Assembly (NCBI GenBank): GCA_963802945.1
Contig: CAWDKY010000028.1
Location: 32,001 to 96,000, forward strand
From: an uncultured delta proteobacterium
GTDB taxonomy: Bacteria; Desulfobacterota; RBG-13-43-22
Reading direction: 5' to 3'
DNA length: 64,000 nt
Both the position numbers and the translations under genes were made by a program. The notes under the pieces were generated by a model that had not been told where the DNA came from, searched no databases, and saw only the letters and a program-made list of their open reading frames with translations. Below are positions 38,430 through 47,628 of this stretch, piece after piece. Every line of letters begins with the position of its first letter. The first letter of the stretch is position 1.

Positions 38430-39584
38430 ATGGATGAAAATATTCGCAAAGCCGAAGAGATGATCAAAAAGAAAATTGATCCTATTTATAAAGAAGTGGC
38501 CAAGCGGGTGCAGGCCGGACTGGAGAACTCCAAATATTTTCCTTGGATCATGGAGAGGTTGATGAATTTGGATCAGGCCAGATTGGTCCTGGCCCTACCG
38601 GACACTGATAGGGAAAATTTCCTCGGCCGACTGGAAGTATCCGAGAAATTCGCCGGGAAGTTGAATCTGGATAAGAAAACAGCGGACAGTTATGTTCGCC
38701 AGTTGTATGAAAAAGGGCTTCTTTTCCCAACCGGTAAAGGGCCTCAGCTTCCCCGCACTATGGGTCAATGGCTCGACACACAAAATAATCTCAACTACGA
38801 TCAGGAATTAGGAGATGAGTATTATGCCCTGATCGGATTATTCAGCGATTATGAGCTGGGACCTCCTCGCGAGGAAAAGATCGCTCAACGGATTACCGCC
38901 GGATTAAAGGGAACATCGGGGATCATCCCCAGATGGAAGGCCATCAAGGACATCCCGGGTGTTTTGCCTGGAGAAGACGTACGGGAGCTGCTCAAGGCCC
39001 AAGACGACTTTGCCGTTCTTCATTGCGCCTGCCGGAAACGGTATAAATCACGGGAATGCGGCGTGCCGGAGGAAATGTGTCTGGTGGTCGGCAAGGCGGC
39101 CCTTTACAATATTGACCGAGGTGCGGGAAGACGGATCACGCGAGAGGAAGCCTTGGATCTCCTCAGTAATGTTACGGCCAAATATCCGGTCGTTCATGTT
39201 GGAACCCGAACGGATGACCCCAAGAAGTTTCGAGGAGTTATTTGTAATTGCCATTATGACTGTTGCGAAGTTCTTAGAACACCTATGGTCGTCGGCAGTA
39301 AATACCCGGTAACCGAGTATTATGCCAAAAGTCGTTATCGGGCCACGGTTGATCCGGCCAAGTGCGTCGGCTGCCGGACCTGTGTGGATAAGCGATGTCA
39401 GTTCGGGGCATCTCAAATGAAATTTTACCCGGAATACGGCCAAGAGCGGGCCTATATTGATGAAGAAAAATGTATGGGCTGCGGCTGCTGCGTCGAAACC
39501 TGTCCGAAAGGCGCCCATGGGATGAAGGTGGTTGAGCCTCCTGAATCTTATGGCGGTGACGCCCGGATGAATATAGATACGTAA
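38430..39584 (+). CDS. Poly-cysteine 4Fe-4S binding protein (paralogue 1)
   Basis: CACR, C...C, CNCHYDCC, CxxCxxC...C and CxxCxxCxxxCP ferredoxin motifs; wHTH-like N-terminus (LYEKGLL). Confidence 0.85.
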   Translation: MDENIRKAEEMIKKKIDPIYKEVAKRVQAGLENSKYFPWIMERLMNLDQARLVLALPDTDRENFLGRLEVSEKFAGKLNLDKKTADSYVRQLYEKGLLFPTGKGPQLPRTMGQWLDTQNNLNYDQELGDEYYALIGLFSDYELGPPREEKIAQRITAGLKGTSGIIPRWKAIKDIPGVLPGEDVRELLKAQDDFAVLHCACRKRYKSRECGVPEEMCLVVGKAALYNIDRGAGRRITREEALDLLSNVTAKYPVVHVGTRTDDPKKFRGVICNCHYDCCEVLRTPMVVGSKYPVTEYYAKSRYRATVDPAKCVGCRTCVDKRCQFGASQMKFYPEYGQERAYIDEEKCMGCGCCVETCPKGAHGMKVVEPPESYGGDARMNIDT

Positions 39585-39709
39585 CCAAAGACGAAGGATT
39601 CAAGACCAAACCCAAAGGGCAATATCCCTAGAAACGGGGACTGGAAGATAGGAATCCGAAGAAATTGAAGGCTTGAAGAAATAACAATTTACTGAAAAAC
39701 ATTTCATTT

Positions 39710-39888
39710 CAGGTTACTCAAAAAGGTTTAGATACAAGTCGCCCGAAACCGGGAACCCGCCTCGAAGGGGTGGGACTGAGCGCTGCCCTTGCCGCGAAGA
39801 AATTCTGAGGAATGAGGTGTACATAGAAGTACGCTGCAATGACAAGGAACGAGGGCAACGTAGGAGATGGGCCTTTTTCAGCAACCTG
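39710..39888 (+). mobile_element. MITE-like dispersed repeat, copy 1
   Basis: Terminal IR CAGGTTACTCAAAAA / TTTTTCAGCAACCTG; the interior matches 51628-51893 in reverse orientation. Confidence 0.82.
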
Positions 39889-39910
39889 TCAAAAAAGGAA
39901 GGAATGAATC

Positions 39911-40987
39911 ATGAGTTCGATTGACCCGATTTATCAGAAACTGGCCGCCAAGATGGGGAAGCCGGATCTAAAAAATTTGTCTCTTCTCTTGGCCAAATTG
40001 GCTGACCTTAAAGAAGCCAGGATACTAAATGAGCTTTCGGCCAGCAGTGAAACCATAGCCCAAAAATTAAAACTGGATATAAAGACTGTAGAAAAACATC
40101 TAAAGGCCTTATTTGAGAAAGGGCTCGTTTTCCAGGGTAAAACCGGATGGCACCTGACCCGGACCTGGGGAGCGTTACACGACAGCGCCGGATCGGCCGA
40201 TGTCGTTAAATATAAGGATGTCTTTGACGAAAAATTTTTTCGTCTGCTTCAGGCTACCAGTGAGGAAGACCGGGAGCAAAGGATCAATGACGTGGTTACA
40301 GGCAAGGCCCCTTTGAGAAGAAATATGCGGGTCATTCCCAGATGGAAATCGATCAAAAATATCCCGGGACTATTGCCTTATGAAGATATCCGGCAAATAT
40401 TCAAGGCCTCGGACCCGATCGTTCTACTCCCCTGCGCCTGTAAGCGGGCGGAACCGGATAGAGAGTGCAAAGAGACCGTCCCGGAGGTAACCTGTGTAAC
40501 TTGCGGTCGTGCCGGCCAGTATAATCTCAACCGGGGGGCCGGGAAAAAATTGTCTTATGATGAAGCCTTGGCCTTATTTGATACCTTTGACCAACTTCAG
40601 CTCGTCCATCTGACCGGAAACACCAATCGCCTGCCCTCGTTGGTTTGTAATTGCCATTACGACTGCTGTGGGCAGTTCCAGGTCAACAAAAAGGCCCAGA
40701 AAGTGCTTCATCAGGACGTTATCGTTAAAAGCCGGTTTATGGCTACGATAGATCCTGAGAAGTGCAAAGGCTGCCGGCTTTGCCAAGAAAAGGGGTGTCC
40801 GGCTGGTGCCGATACTATTAAGTATTATCCTGAACTGGGCGAGGAAAGGGCCGCTATTGATCCTGAAATATGTATTGGCTGCGGTTTGTGTGTAATCAAT
40901 TGTCCCTCCGAAGCCCGTATGATGAAAATGGTGCGGCCGCCGGACCATATTCCGGAGCCGGACGCTAAGGTCGGAGAAGCGGATTAA
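39911..40987 (+). CDS. Poly-cysteine 4Fe-4S binding protein (paralogue 2)
   Basis: Same motifs as 38430 (IPRWK.IK.IPG.LP.ED, CACK, CNCHYDCC, YPE.G.ERA.ID.E.C.GCG.CV..CP). Confidence 0.85.
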   Translation: MSSIDPIYQKLAAKMGKPDLKNLSLLLAKLADLKEARILNELSASSETIAQKLKLDIKTVEKHLKALFEKGLVFQGKTGWHLTRTWGALHDSAGSADVVKYKDVFDEKFFRLLQATSEEDREQRINDVVTGKAPLRRNMRVIPRWKSIKNIPGLLPYEDIRQIFKASDPIVLLPCACKRAEPDRECKETVPEVTCVTCGRAGQYNLNRGAGKKLSYDEALALFDTFDQLQLVHLTGNTNRLPSLVCNCHYDCCGQFQVNKKAQKVLHQDVIVKSRFMATIDPEKCKGCRLCQEKGCPAGADTIKYYPELGEERAAIDPEICIGCGLCVINCPSEARMMKMVRPPDHIPEPDAKVGEAD

Positions 40988-41044
40988 AAGGCATTTGGGT
41001 TTCATTTTTAAATTCGATTAGAAAATAGGTTTGGAGAGAATGCA

Positions 41045-41965
41045 ATGGGCATTTTTCACTGCCCCGTGGGGGCAGCCTTTTATGATGATGAGGATTGTAT
41101 TGACTGCGGTATGTGTACGGCCGATACCGAAGAGCAGATGGTCGAAGCCTCTAAAAAAATCAGGGTCTATTTAAGGGCTAATGCCCCTAAGCCTGGCCCG
41201 ATCAAGAAGGTGGCTGTTTGTGGTAAAGGGGGTGTCGGCAAGAGTTCTCTGACCGCCTTATTGGCTAGGACATTGCAATCGGATGGTTACACCTTGATTG
41301 TTTTAGACACCGACGAGTCCAATCCCGGCTTGTTCCGTATGTTCGGTTTTGAGAAAGAGCCGAAACCCTTGATGACCATGCTCAGTCGATTCGCATCCGG
41401 CAAACCGGGACCTGGTACGGAATGGCTCATGAGCGATACCATCAACCTTGAGGATATACCAGCGGAATTCATCCTAAATAACGATAATCTTAAATTTCTT
41501 ATGATCGGAAAGATTGAAGACCCCTTTCAGGGTTGCGCCTGTTCGATGGCCGATATCGCCAGAGATCTCATGAGGAAACTGATCTTGAAAGCGAAGGAGA
41601 TAGTGCTGGTCGACATGGAGGCCGGTGTGGAAAGCTTCGGCCGCGGCGTGGAAAGAAATGTGGATACCGTGCTCATCATCGTGGAACCTTCCTTTGAATC
41701 CATGGCCCTGGCAGAGAAAATCGGTTACATGTGTGAGGGGATGGGGATATTCAGGGTAAGGGCTGTATTGAATAAAGTCCCTTCAGAAAAAATCAGGCAA
41801 AGGATGATCGAAGAATTGGACCGGAAAAACCTCAAAGTCATCGGTACGGTTTCATATGACCCGGAACTCAGTGAGGCCGGTTTTGAAGGCAGACCGCCGG
41901 GCCGATCAAAGGCCGCGCCGGATGTAGATGCCATTGTTAAGAATTTATTTAACGAAGCAGTTTAG
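41045..41965 (+). CDS. CooC/AcsF-like Ni-insertion ATPase with an N-terminal Cys-rich extension
   Basis: Deviant Walker A GKGGVGKS, D.D..NP.L, GKI....GCAC, DMEAG.E.FGRG, EPS.ES, NKV; extra N-terminal C-x11-CxxCxxC. Confidence 0.85.
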   Translation: MGIFHCPVGAAFYDDEDCIDCGMCTADTEEQMVEASKKIRVYLRANAPKPGPIKKVAVCGKGGVGKSSLTALLARTLQSDGYTLIVLDTDESNPGLFRMFGFEKEPKPLMTMLSRFASGKPGPGTEWLMSDTINLEDIPAEFILNNDNLKFLMIGKIEDPFQGCACSMADIARDLMRKLILKAKEIVLVDMEAGVESFGRGVERNVDTVLIIVEPSFESMALAEKIGYMCEGMGIFRVRAVLNKVPSEKIRQRMIEELDRKNLKVIGTVSYDPELSEAGFEGRPPGRSKAAPDVDAIVKNLFNEAV

Positions 41966-42279
41966 CTGAAATTTATTTCGAAAAAAGGATGAGACTAATT
42001 CAAGAGGGTAGGGATTCAAATAAGATACGAGGCTAAAGTTATCGTTTAAATACTGTTATTTAATCTTATTATATTTAACAATATTTTAATTTCGGTTGTT
42101 TATTTTTTTAACTCTCCTTCCTGATAAATTATCTTGACGAATAAAAAGACCTTAACCTATAATTATCATACATACATTTACACCTCAAAGAAAATTCTCT
42201 CTGCTTTAAATCTTCCAACAACAGATAGAATTCGAAACACGTGAAGCCGTAAAGCTTAAACAAATAGGAGAAGAACGAA

Positions 42280-43695
42280 TTGAAGGTTGACTTTAAAAAA
42301 TTAGATCGGGCCTTTAATCCCCGTTGTCTGGTGGTCATCGGGGACAGCAATCGCAATGAGTTTCAATGGCTGAGGGCCCAAAGTACTTTTCAGGGAAAAC
42401 TGTACTCCGTCACGGTCAATCCAGAGTCAGGTGAGGCCATCAAGGCCTTGGGAATAGACAATTATCCCAGTATCCTTGATGTCCCGGAAGCGGTTGATCT
42501 GGCTATCATCACCGTGCCCCGTGCGGCGGTTCCCAAGGTATTGGAAGAATGCATCCGCAAGGACGTTGCCGCAGCTCATATGTTTACCGCTGGCTTCACT
42601 GAAACGGATACCGAAGAAGGGATTAAAGCCGAAACCTGGCTTAAACAGCGGGGAGAAGAGGCTAATTTTCATCTGGTCGGTCCCAACTGCATGGGACTGT
42701 TCAATCCCAAGATCGGGCTCAGACAATTCCCGGCACAATACACAGGGGATAGCGGGCCGCTGGGCATTATCTCGCAAAGCGGCGGTCATGCCGTCAACAT
42801 GAGCTTAAGTGCCCATATGCAGGGAGTCTATGTCAATAAGTCGGTTAGCTTCGGTAACGGCACTTTGCTCGATTCCACCGACTACCTTGAGTACTTTGCC
42901 CAGGACCCTGAGATAAAAGTGATCGCAATGTATCTGGAAGGCGTCAAGAATGGTGATCGATTTTTCAAAGTGTTACGGGAGACCTCTCGTCGAAAGCCGG
43001 TAGCGATCTGGAAGGGCGGCAGAACGGAAGAAGGAGAACGGGCGATCGCTTCACACACCGGCTCCCTGGCGGTATCCCAGACCGTATGGGAAGCGGTGGT
43101 CAGGCAAGGCGGCGGGATCAATGTGTTGGAAATGGACGATTTGATTGATACCGCCAATGCTTTGATGCATCTGCCGCCGGTTAAGGGTCTAAGAGTAGGA
43201 GTCACCGGCGGCTCCGGAGGACAGTCGGTCAATATCGCTGACACCTTTGCCGAGGTTGGGATGCGATTACCTAAACTGACTGAGGAGTCCTATGAACAGT
43301 TACGGAAGTTTTACAATATTGTCGGGGGGGGTTATCTTAATCCGGTGGATACAGGCAACCAGAACCGATTTCAAATGAATCGGATCGTTGATATTCTGGC
43401 CCGGGATCCTAATATTGATAACCTGGTTCTGCTTTCTTTGGCCCGGGTCCTGGACATGGACGGCAGACTGGACAATCTCGTCGAAACGATGGGTAACCTC
43501 AAGAAGCAGACAACCAAGCCTATCATATCGATTGTCACCTACTGCTCGTTGGAGGAAATTGCAACGGTTGCGGAGGCCGTGGATAAATTTCAGAAAGTAG
43601 GAATTCCAACCTTCAGCACCATTGACCGCGGTGCCCGAGCTTTAAAAAATGCTTATGAGTATTATCGAATGCGTGATTTGATTAGTTCGGAGTGA
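42280..43695 (+). CDS. NDP-forming acyl-CoA synthetase alpha subunit (CoA-binding protein)
   Basis: FNPR...VIG.S, TAGF.E, GPNCMG, SQSGG, S.GN, YLEG, KGGRT..G.RA..SHTGSLA, NPVD. Confidence 0.9.
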   Translation: MKVDFKKLDRAFNPRCLVVIGDSNRNEFQWLRAQSTFQGKLYSVTVNPESGEAIKALGIDNYPSILDVPEAVDLAIITVPRAAVPKVLEECIRKDVAAAHMFTAGFTETDTEEGIKAETWLKQRGEEANFHLVGPNCMGLFNPKIGLRQFPAQYTGDSGPLGIISQSGGHAVNMSLSAHMQGVYVNKSVSFGNGTLLDSTDYLEYFAQDPEIKVIAMYLEGVKNGDRFFKVLRETSRRKPVAIWKGGRTEEGERAIASHTGSLAVSQTVWEAVVRQGGGINVLEMDDLIDTANALMHLPPVKGLRVGVTGGSGGQSVNIADTFAEVGMRLPKLTEESYEQLRKFYNIVGGGYLNPVDTGNQNRFQMNRIVDILARDPNIDNLVLLSLARVLDMDGRLDNLVETMGNLKKQTTKPIISIVTYCSLEEIATVAEAVDKFQKVGIPTFSTIDRGARALKNAYEYYRMRDLISSE

Positions 43696-43796
43696 TGAGT
43701 TCGGAGTTCGGAGATAATAGTTCAGAGTTATTAGTTCGGGGTTCGGAGCAATAATGAACCAATAAACTTTCAACTTCGAACTCTGAACTCCGAACT
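43684..43796. repeat. 7-nt-period inverted tandem repeat (AGTTCGG)n ... (CCGAACT)n
   Basis: About 9 units in the left arm (overlapping the upstream stop codon) and about 5 in the right arm. Confidence 0.85.
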
Positions 43797-43824
43797 GTAT
43801 TTTCAATTGGGAAAGGAACGTGAA

Positions 43825-44769
43825 ATGGAACAAGTTGCAGGTATCAACAAGGTTACTATAATCGGCGCCGGCCTCATGGGATTCGGGATCGGGGTTGATT
43901 TCGCCCGTGCCGGCTATGAAACTTGGCTCTACAATACACGAGAGGAGACCAGTCTTCAGTCCATGGACCGATCCCGGAAGGCCTTGAACCTGTTTGTGGC
44001 GGCGGAGATGATGACTACGACCGAAGTTGAAAAGGCCTACGCTTGTCTGCATCCGACCATCAGTCTGGAGAAGGCCGCAGAAGGCGCTGATTATGTCTCT
44101 GAATCGGTCATGGAGTCCTTATCGCTTAAACGGAAAATTTTTGCCGATCTGGATCGTCTCTGCCCGCCAAAGGCCATACTGGCAACTAACTCTTCCAATT
44201 TTACGACTACATCGATCGTTACCGACAATGACATTAAGCATCCGGAGCGGTGCTGTGTAGCCCATTATTTTCAACCGCCACACCTTCTGCCGCTGGTCGA
44301 AGTGGTCGGAGGCGAAAAGACCGCCAAAGAAACCATAGAACTAACCTGTCAAATTCTGTCCAAGATGCACAAGAAGCCGGTGGTCATCCCGGTTGAGGTG
44401 CCCGCACATGCCGGCAACCGCATCCAGGGGGCCATCGGCCGTGAGATTCGGTATCTTATCGACAATAAAATCTGCACACCGGAGATGATCGACGATATCA
44501 TCATGTACAGTTTCGGCCGTCGTATGGTCAACACCGGCTGGTTTATCCGCAATGATCTGATCGGTCTGGATTTCAGCTACAATACCGCCAAAGCCGCCGG
44601 TAAGGAAGCCTGGTGGCCGTTTAAGGAGCGGGTCGAGCGCGGGGAGCTGGGCATGAAGTCCGGCAAGGGTTTCTATGAATGGCCCGATTTCGGTGAGGCC
44701 TTGAAGCACAGACAGGACATGGATCTGCTTCGCTTCCTCAAAAGGGACATCGAAGAGGGCAAACTCTAA
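43825..44769 (+). CDS. 3-hydroxyacyl-CoA dehydrogenase family protein
   Basis: IIGAGLMG.GI, ES..E.L.LK..IF, ILATNSS, HYF.PP.L.PLVEVV, GNR.Q, G.LG.K.G.GFY. Confidence 0.93.
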   Translation: MEQVAGINKVTIIGAGLMGFGIGVDFARAGYETWLYNTREETSLQSMDRSRKALNLFVAAEMMTTTEVEKAYACLHPTISLEKAAEGADYVSESVMESLSLKRKIFADLDRLCPPKAILATNSSNFTTTSIVTDNDIKHPERCCVAHYFQPPHLLPLVEVVGGEKTAKETIELTCQILSKMHKKPVVIPVEVPAHAGNRIQGAIGREIRYLIDNKICTPEMIDDIIMYSFGRRMVNTGWFIRNDLIGLDFSYNTAKAAGKEAWWPFKERVERGELGMKSGKGFYEWPDFGEALKHRQDMDLLRFLKRDIEEGKL

Positions 44770-44883
44770 AGCAAAGATAGTTGAAATTCCTTAATTCAGA
44801 TTCAGATGTCAGAATTCAAAAGTGAGATCTATAGAAAAAAACTTTCTATTCTGACTGAAGAATAGGCATTTTATTTTTTCACC

Positions 44884-45090
44884 TCATCTTTTTCCCACAA
44901 GAACTTCCAGAAATTTTCTAATCGTAGTTTCGCAATATTCAGAAGCTTATAAATGGCGCTGACGGGCGTAGTTTAAAAACTTCCCGACCCAATAAGCATA
45001 AAAAGGGGCATTCTTTTCCGGCACAAGGTTTTTAGTCAACAGAAACTTCTGAAATTCGGAAAGGACTCCGGTTGTGGGGGTATTTGACAA
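44884..45090 (-). pseudogene. intI: Integron integrase N-terminal remnant (SAM-like domain), internal stop, catalytic domain lost
   Basis: LSEFQKFLL.K.LVPEKNAPFYAYWV.KFL...RHL*ASEYCETTIRKFLEVL, oriented divergently from attI and the cassettes. Confidence 0.65.
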
Positions 45091-45224
45091 TTTATCCCAT
45101 ATTATAAGAACTTCGTTTTTATTCCATATTATCAAAAATTACGAAAATCTGCAAATTATCGTTATTGTTTTAAATAATGATTTTCTTTTTACAAATATTA
45201 GTATGTGGTATAATTAATGCCAAG

Positions 45225-45261
45225 AGATAAAAAAACGAACTTCGTATATTAATTGTTGGGC
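45225..45261 (+). other. Putative integron attI site
   Basis: AT-rich ...TATATTAATT-GTTGGGC upstream of the intI relic. GTTGGGC (45255-45261) is exactly complementary to the R'' GCCCAAC of the first attC. Confidence 0.7.
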
Positions 45262-45291
45262 AAAACTTACCGATACCGGATAGGAGACACC

Positions 45292-46065
45292 TGTGACTTG
45301 GTTGTTTCCCATACTCACTTGTGTGGCTGCCGTCATCGCGCGTATACGCGTCGCCCGCGGCATCGCAAACTTGCCCATGCGTCCGCGCTTCTCATGGTGT
45401 TTCTAGCAGGGTGGCAAGGCTACGCGAGTTACCAACACTGGAAGACCCAACGGGCGGTCGAAAAGTATGCTTATTCACGTTTGGAGTCTGCGACTCGAAA
45501 TGTGCTCGGCTTGACTCAGCAAATCATTCTTCAAGCATCCGACGGCTGGTTGCCTGCAACCGATGGCGAGTTCTTCTCGGAACATACAGCGAGTCTGGTT
45601 TGTCGCTATCTAAACGTCGACAAGACCGCTCCGGTAGTCCCTGATCGAACTTGGCTCGTCTGGATCTACCAGCAAACAAAAGAAGCGCAAGACGAGATCT
45701 CGAACGTTCTCGGTTCCTATGCGCCGGTTCTTGACGATCAGCTTCTTAATTCTGCGATAGAGTTCAAAGGGTAATTTATGCTTACGTTTCCCGCAACGGC
45801 GGTTAGCGTGCTCCGAGACGTTGCTCCTCAGAAAGGATATCAGTACCCGCCGCTTCTCTGCAATGGGCTAGAGACTGAAATGCAGAAATCCCTCGGTCAG
45901 ATGCAACGCTTTTACGAGGTCCTGTGGAAACGCACAGGACCCGAGCGGTTTCCCTTAACCAAGAAGATATCACAAACGGCGTTAATTGGATCAGCCCGAT
46001 TTACGGATGAGGACCTAAATCGGTGGAGTGCAGAGCACCCATACGCCCCAAGCGGGAAACCTTAG
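45292..46065 (+). pseudogene. First cassette gene, hypothetical membrane-anchored protein, disrupted
   Basis: ORFs 45253..45774 and 45778..46065 are in the same frame, separated by one TAA. A GTG at 45292 behind AGGAG is out of frame, implying a further 5' frameshift. Ends 6 bp before the attC. Confidence 0.6.
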
Positions 46066-46071
46066 GTGAAT

Positions 46072-46137
46072 GCCCAACCAAGCGGTCCAGCTAACTTGGC
46101 CATAACTGCGGCTTCGTAGCTGACCCCTGTGTTGTGA
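46072..46137 (+). other. Integron attC site
   Basis: GCCCAAC-CAAGC-GGTCCAGC ... GCTGACC-CCTGT-GTTGTGA. Confidence 0.88.
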
Positions 46138-46161
46138 GTAAATAATAAGGAGAATATTATC

Positions 46162-46479
46162 ATGTTTAAAAACATTTCACTTCATCAAGCAGAATTAATT
46201 TATCTTGGTCTAAAATCATTAATCGAAACCAAGAGTAAACATGGTCTTGTTAATGGAGATGGTGGTCATCCGGCATATTTAGCTGGTATGAATAATGAAG
46301 ATCACTCATCTCATGATTTTGGTGATTCTCCAGATAAAAACCCCCTTTATAAAATGCTGCACGAACTTTCAAACAAACTAAAAAAAGAAGGCATTGAATC
46401 ACACCACTATAAATGGTGGTATGATTTTAAAGATTGGAAATCCTTTTGCGAGTTTGTTGTTCATAGTTACAAGAATTAG
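46162..46479 (+). CDS. Hypothetical protein (second cassette)
   Basis: AT-rich 105-aa ORF with RBS AAGGAG right after the attC; no family recognised. Confidence 0.7.
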   Translation: MFKNISLHQAELIYLGLKSLIETKSKHGLVNGDGGHPAYLAGMNNEDHSSHDFGDSPDKNPLYKMLHELSNKLKKEGIESHHYKWWYDFKDWKSFCEFVVHSYKN

Positions 46480-46485
46480 TAAGAA

Positions 46486-46573
46486 AGGGGACGCCCTTTA
46501 TATATTTATATTTGGATGATTCTCAACCCCCGCAGACAATCCGATAAATGTAAATATCTAAAGGGCGTCCCCT
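46486..46573. repeat. 88-bp element bounded by 23-bp inverted repeats
   Basis: AGGGGACGCCCTTTATATATTTA / TAAATATCTAAAGGGCGTCCCCT (22/23 match). Confidence 0.8.
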
Positions 46574-46582
46574 GATCATGCC

Positions 46583-46858
46583 ATGAAAATTAATAAGTCA
46601 AACTTTAAACCGGCAAAACAGCATACGATCTTAACTACCGGAGAAGTAATTAAAATGTTGCGCGAATTAAAAGGATGGACTCAAGAGGAATTATCAAAAT
46701 ATTGCTCTATCAATGCAAAAAATATCAGTATGCTTGAAAACGACAAATTAGAAATCGGTAAAAAAAGGGCCGAGCAACTCGACAAGGCATTTACTGTACA
46801 TCCTGCGATAATTATGTTTCCTGAATACGAATCAAAAGAAATTCAAAAGGCGGCATAA
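46583..46858 (+). CDS. XRE-family HTH protein (HigA-like antitoxin; cassette)
   Basis: GE.IK.LRELKGWTQEEL......NIS.LEN....IG..RA..L..AF. The stop codon lies within the attC R''. Confidence 0.85.
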   Translation: MKINKSNFKPAKQHTILTTGEVIKMLRELKGWTQEELSKYCSINAKNISMLENDKLEIGKKRAEQLDKAFTVHPAIIMFPEYESKEIQKAA

Positions 46859-46910
46859 CATCTCACTGGTGCCGACCCAAAGGCCGGGCGTCACAGTTCG
46901 AGTGTTAGAA
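46853..46910 (+). other. Integron attC site
   Basis: GCATAAC-ATCTC-ACTGGTG ... CACAGT-TCGAGT-GTTAGAA. Confidence 0.75.
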
Positions 46911-46994
46911 GGGGAGGGGATTTTCTTGAGCTAAAACAGATTCAGGAAGTCCTTTTGATCCAGCCAGTGGTCGGCATGATCGGCTTCATAAAAT

Positions 46995-47610
46995 TCATCG
47001 TTCCAGCAAGGGAAGATATCTGCCGTTTCGTAACCTTTGAACCAATTCGTCTTCCGTCCTGATTGGCTCCGGGAACAGGGTATAGGCCCTGCCCAGAACC
47101 AAAGGCCCATGGGCATCCGATCCTCCAATGCCGTTGATGCCCAGGAGGCTCGCTGCTTTGACCGCCAGATGATTTTCCTGAAACGGCCGGCTGGCGTTAA
47201 GGGTCTCCAGGGCGAAAAGATTTTCCAATTCAAGGATTCGATCCCCGGGAAACCCATCGACGAGACCTCTTTGATAGGGATGGGCCGGGACAGCGACTCC
47301 CCCCCGTTGTTGAACCCAGTCCACGGTCCATTGCATGGGCAGTCTGGTGGGAAGATCTTCTTCTTCGACCTTCATTCCGAAAATCAAAAGATGCCCTTCC
47401 TGGGCGCGGTATTCCAGACCTTGAAAGATAGGGAAGCCGGTTTTCTGCAGAGATTTCCTGATAGGGGTCGCTTAAAAAATAGGAATGATGCTCGGTCACG
47501 CAGACCGCATCCAGGCCGACCTGGCGGGAACGGGAAACCAGCTCACCCGGTTGGATGATCGAATCGCCGCCAAAAACAGTATGAACGTGTAGGTCAATCT
47601 TGAACATCAT
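46995..47610 (-). pseudogene. PHP domain metallo-phosphoesterase, one-base frameshift near 47442
   Basis: DLHVHT, GLD.VC.TEH in the 5' part; G.E....GH...FG, PAHP, E.LN, GGSDAH in the 3' frame. One extra base, most simply an A in the GAAAACC run. May be a sequencing error. Confidence 0.82.
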
Positions 47611-47628
47611 GCATCGGTTAATTACAGG

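Noticed and set aside
45772-45777. In-frame stop as Sec/Pyl recoding
   Set aside because: The codon is TAA, not TGA or TAG, and the cassette shows other decay.
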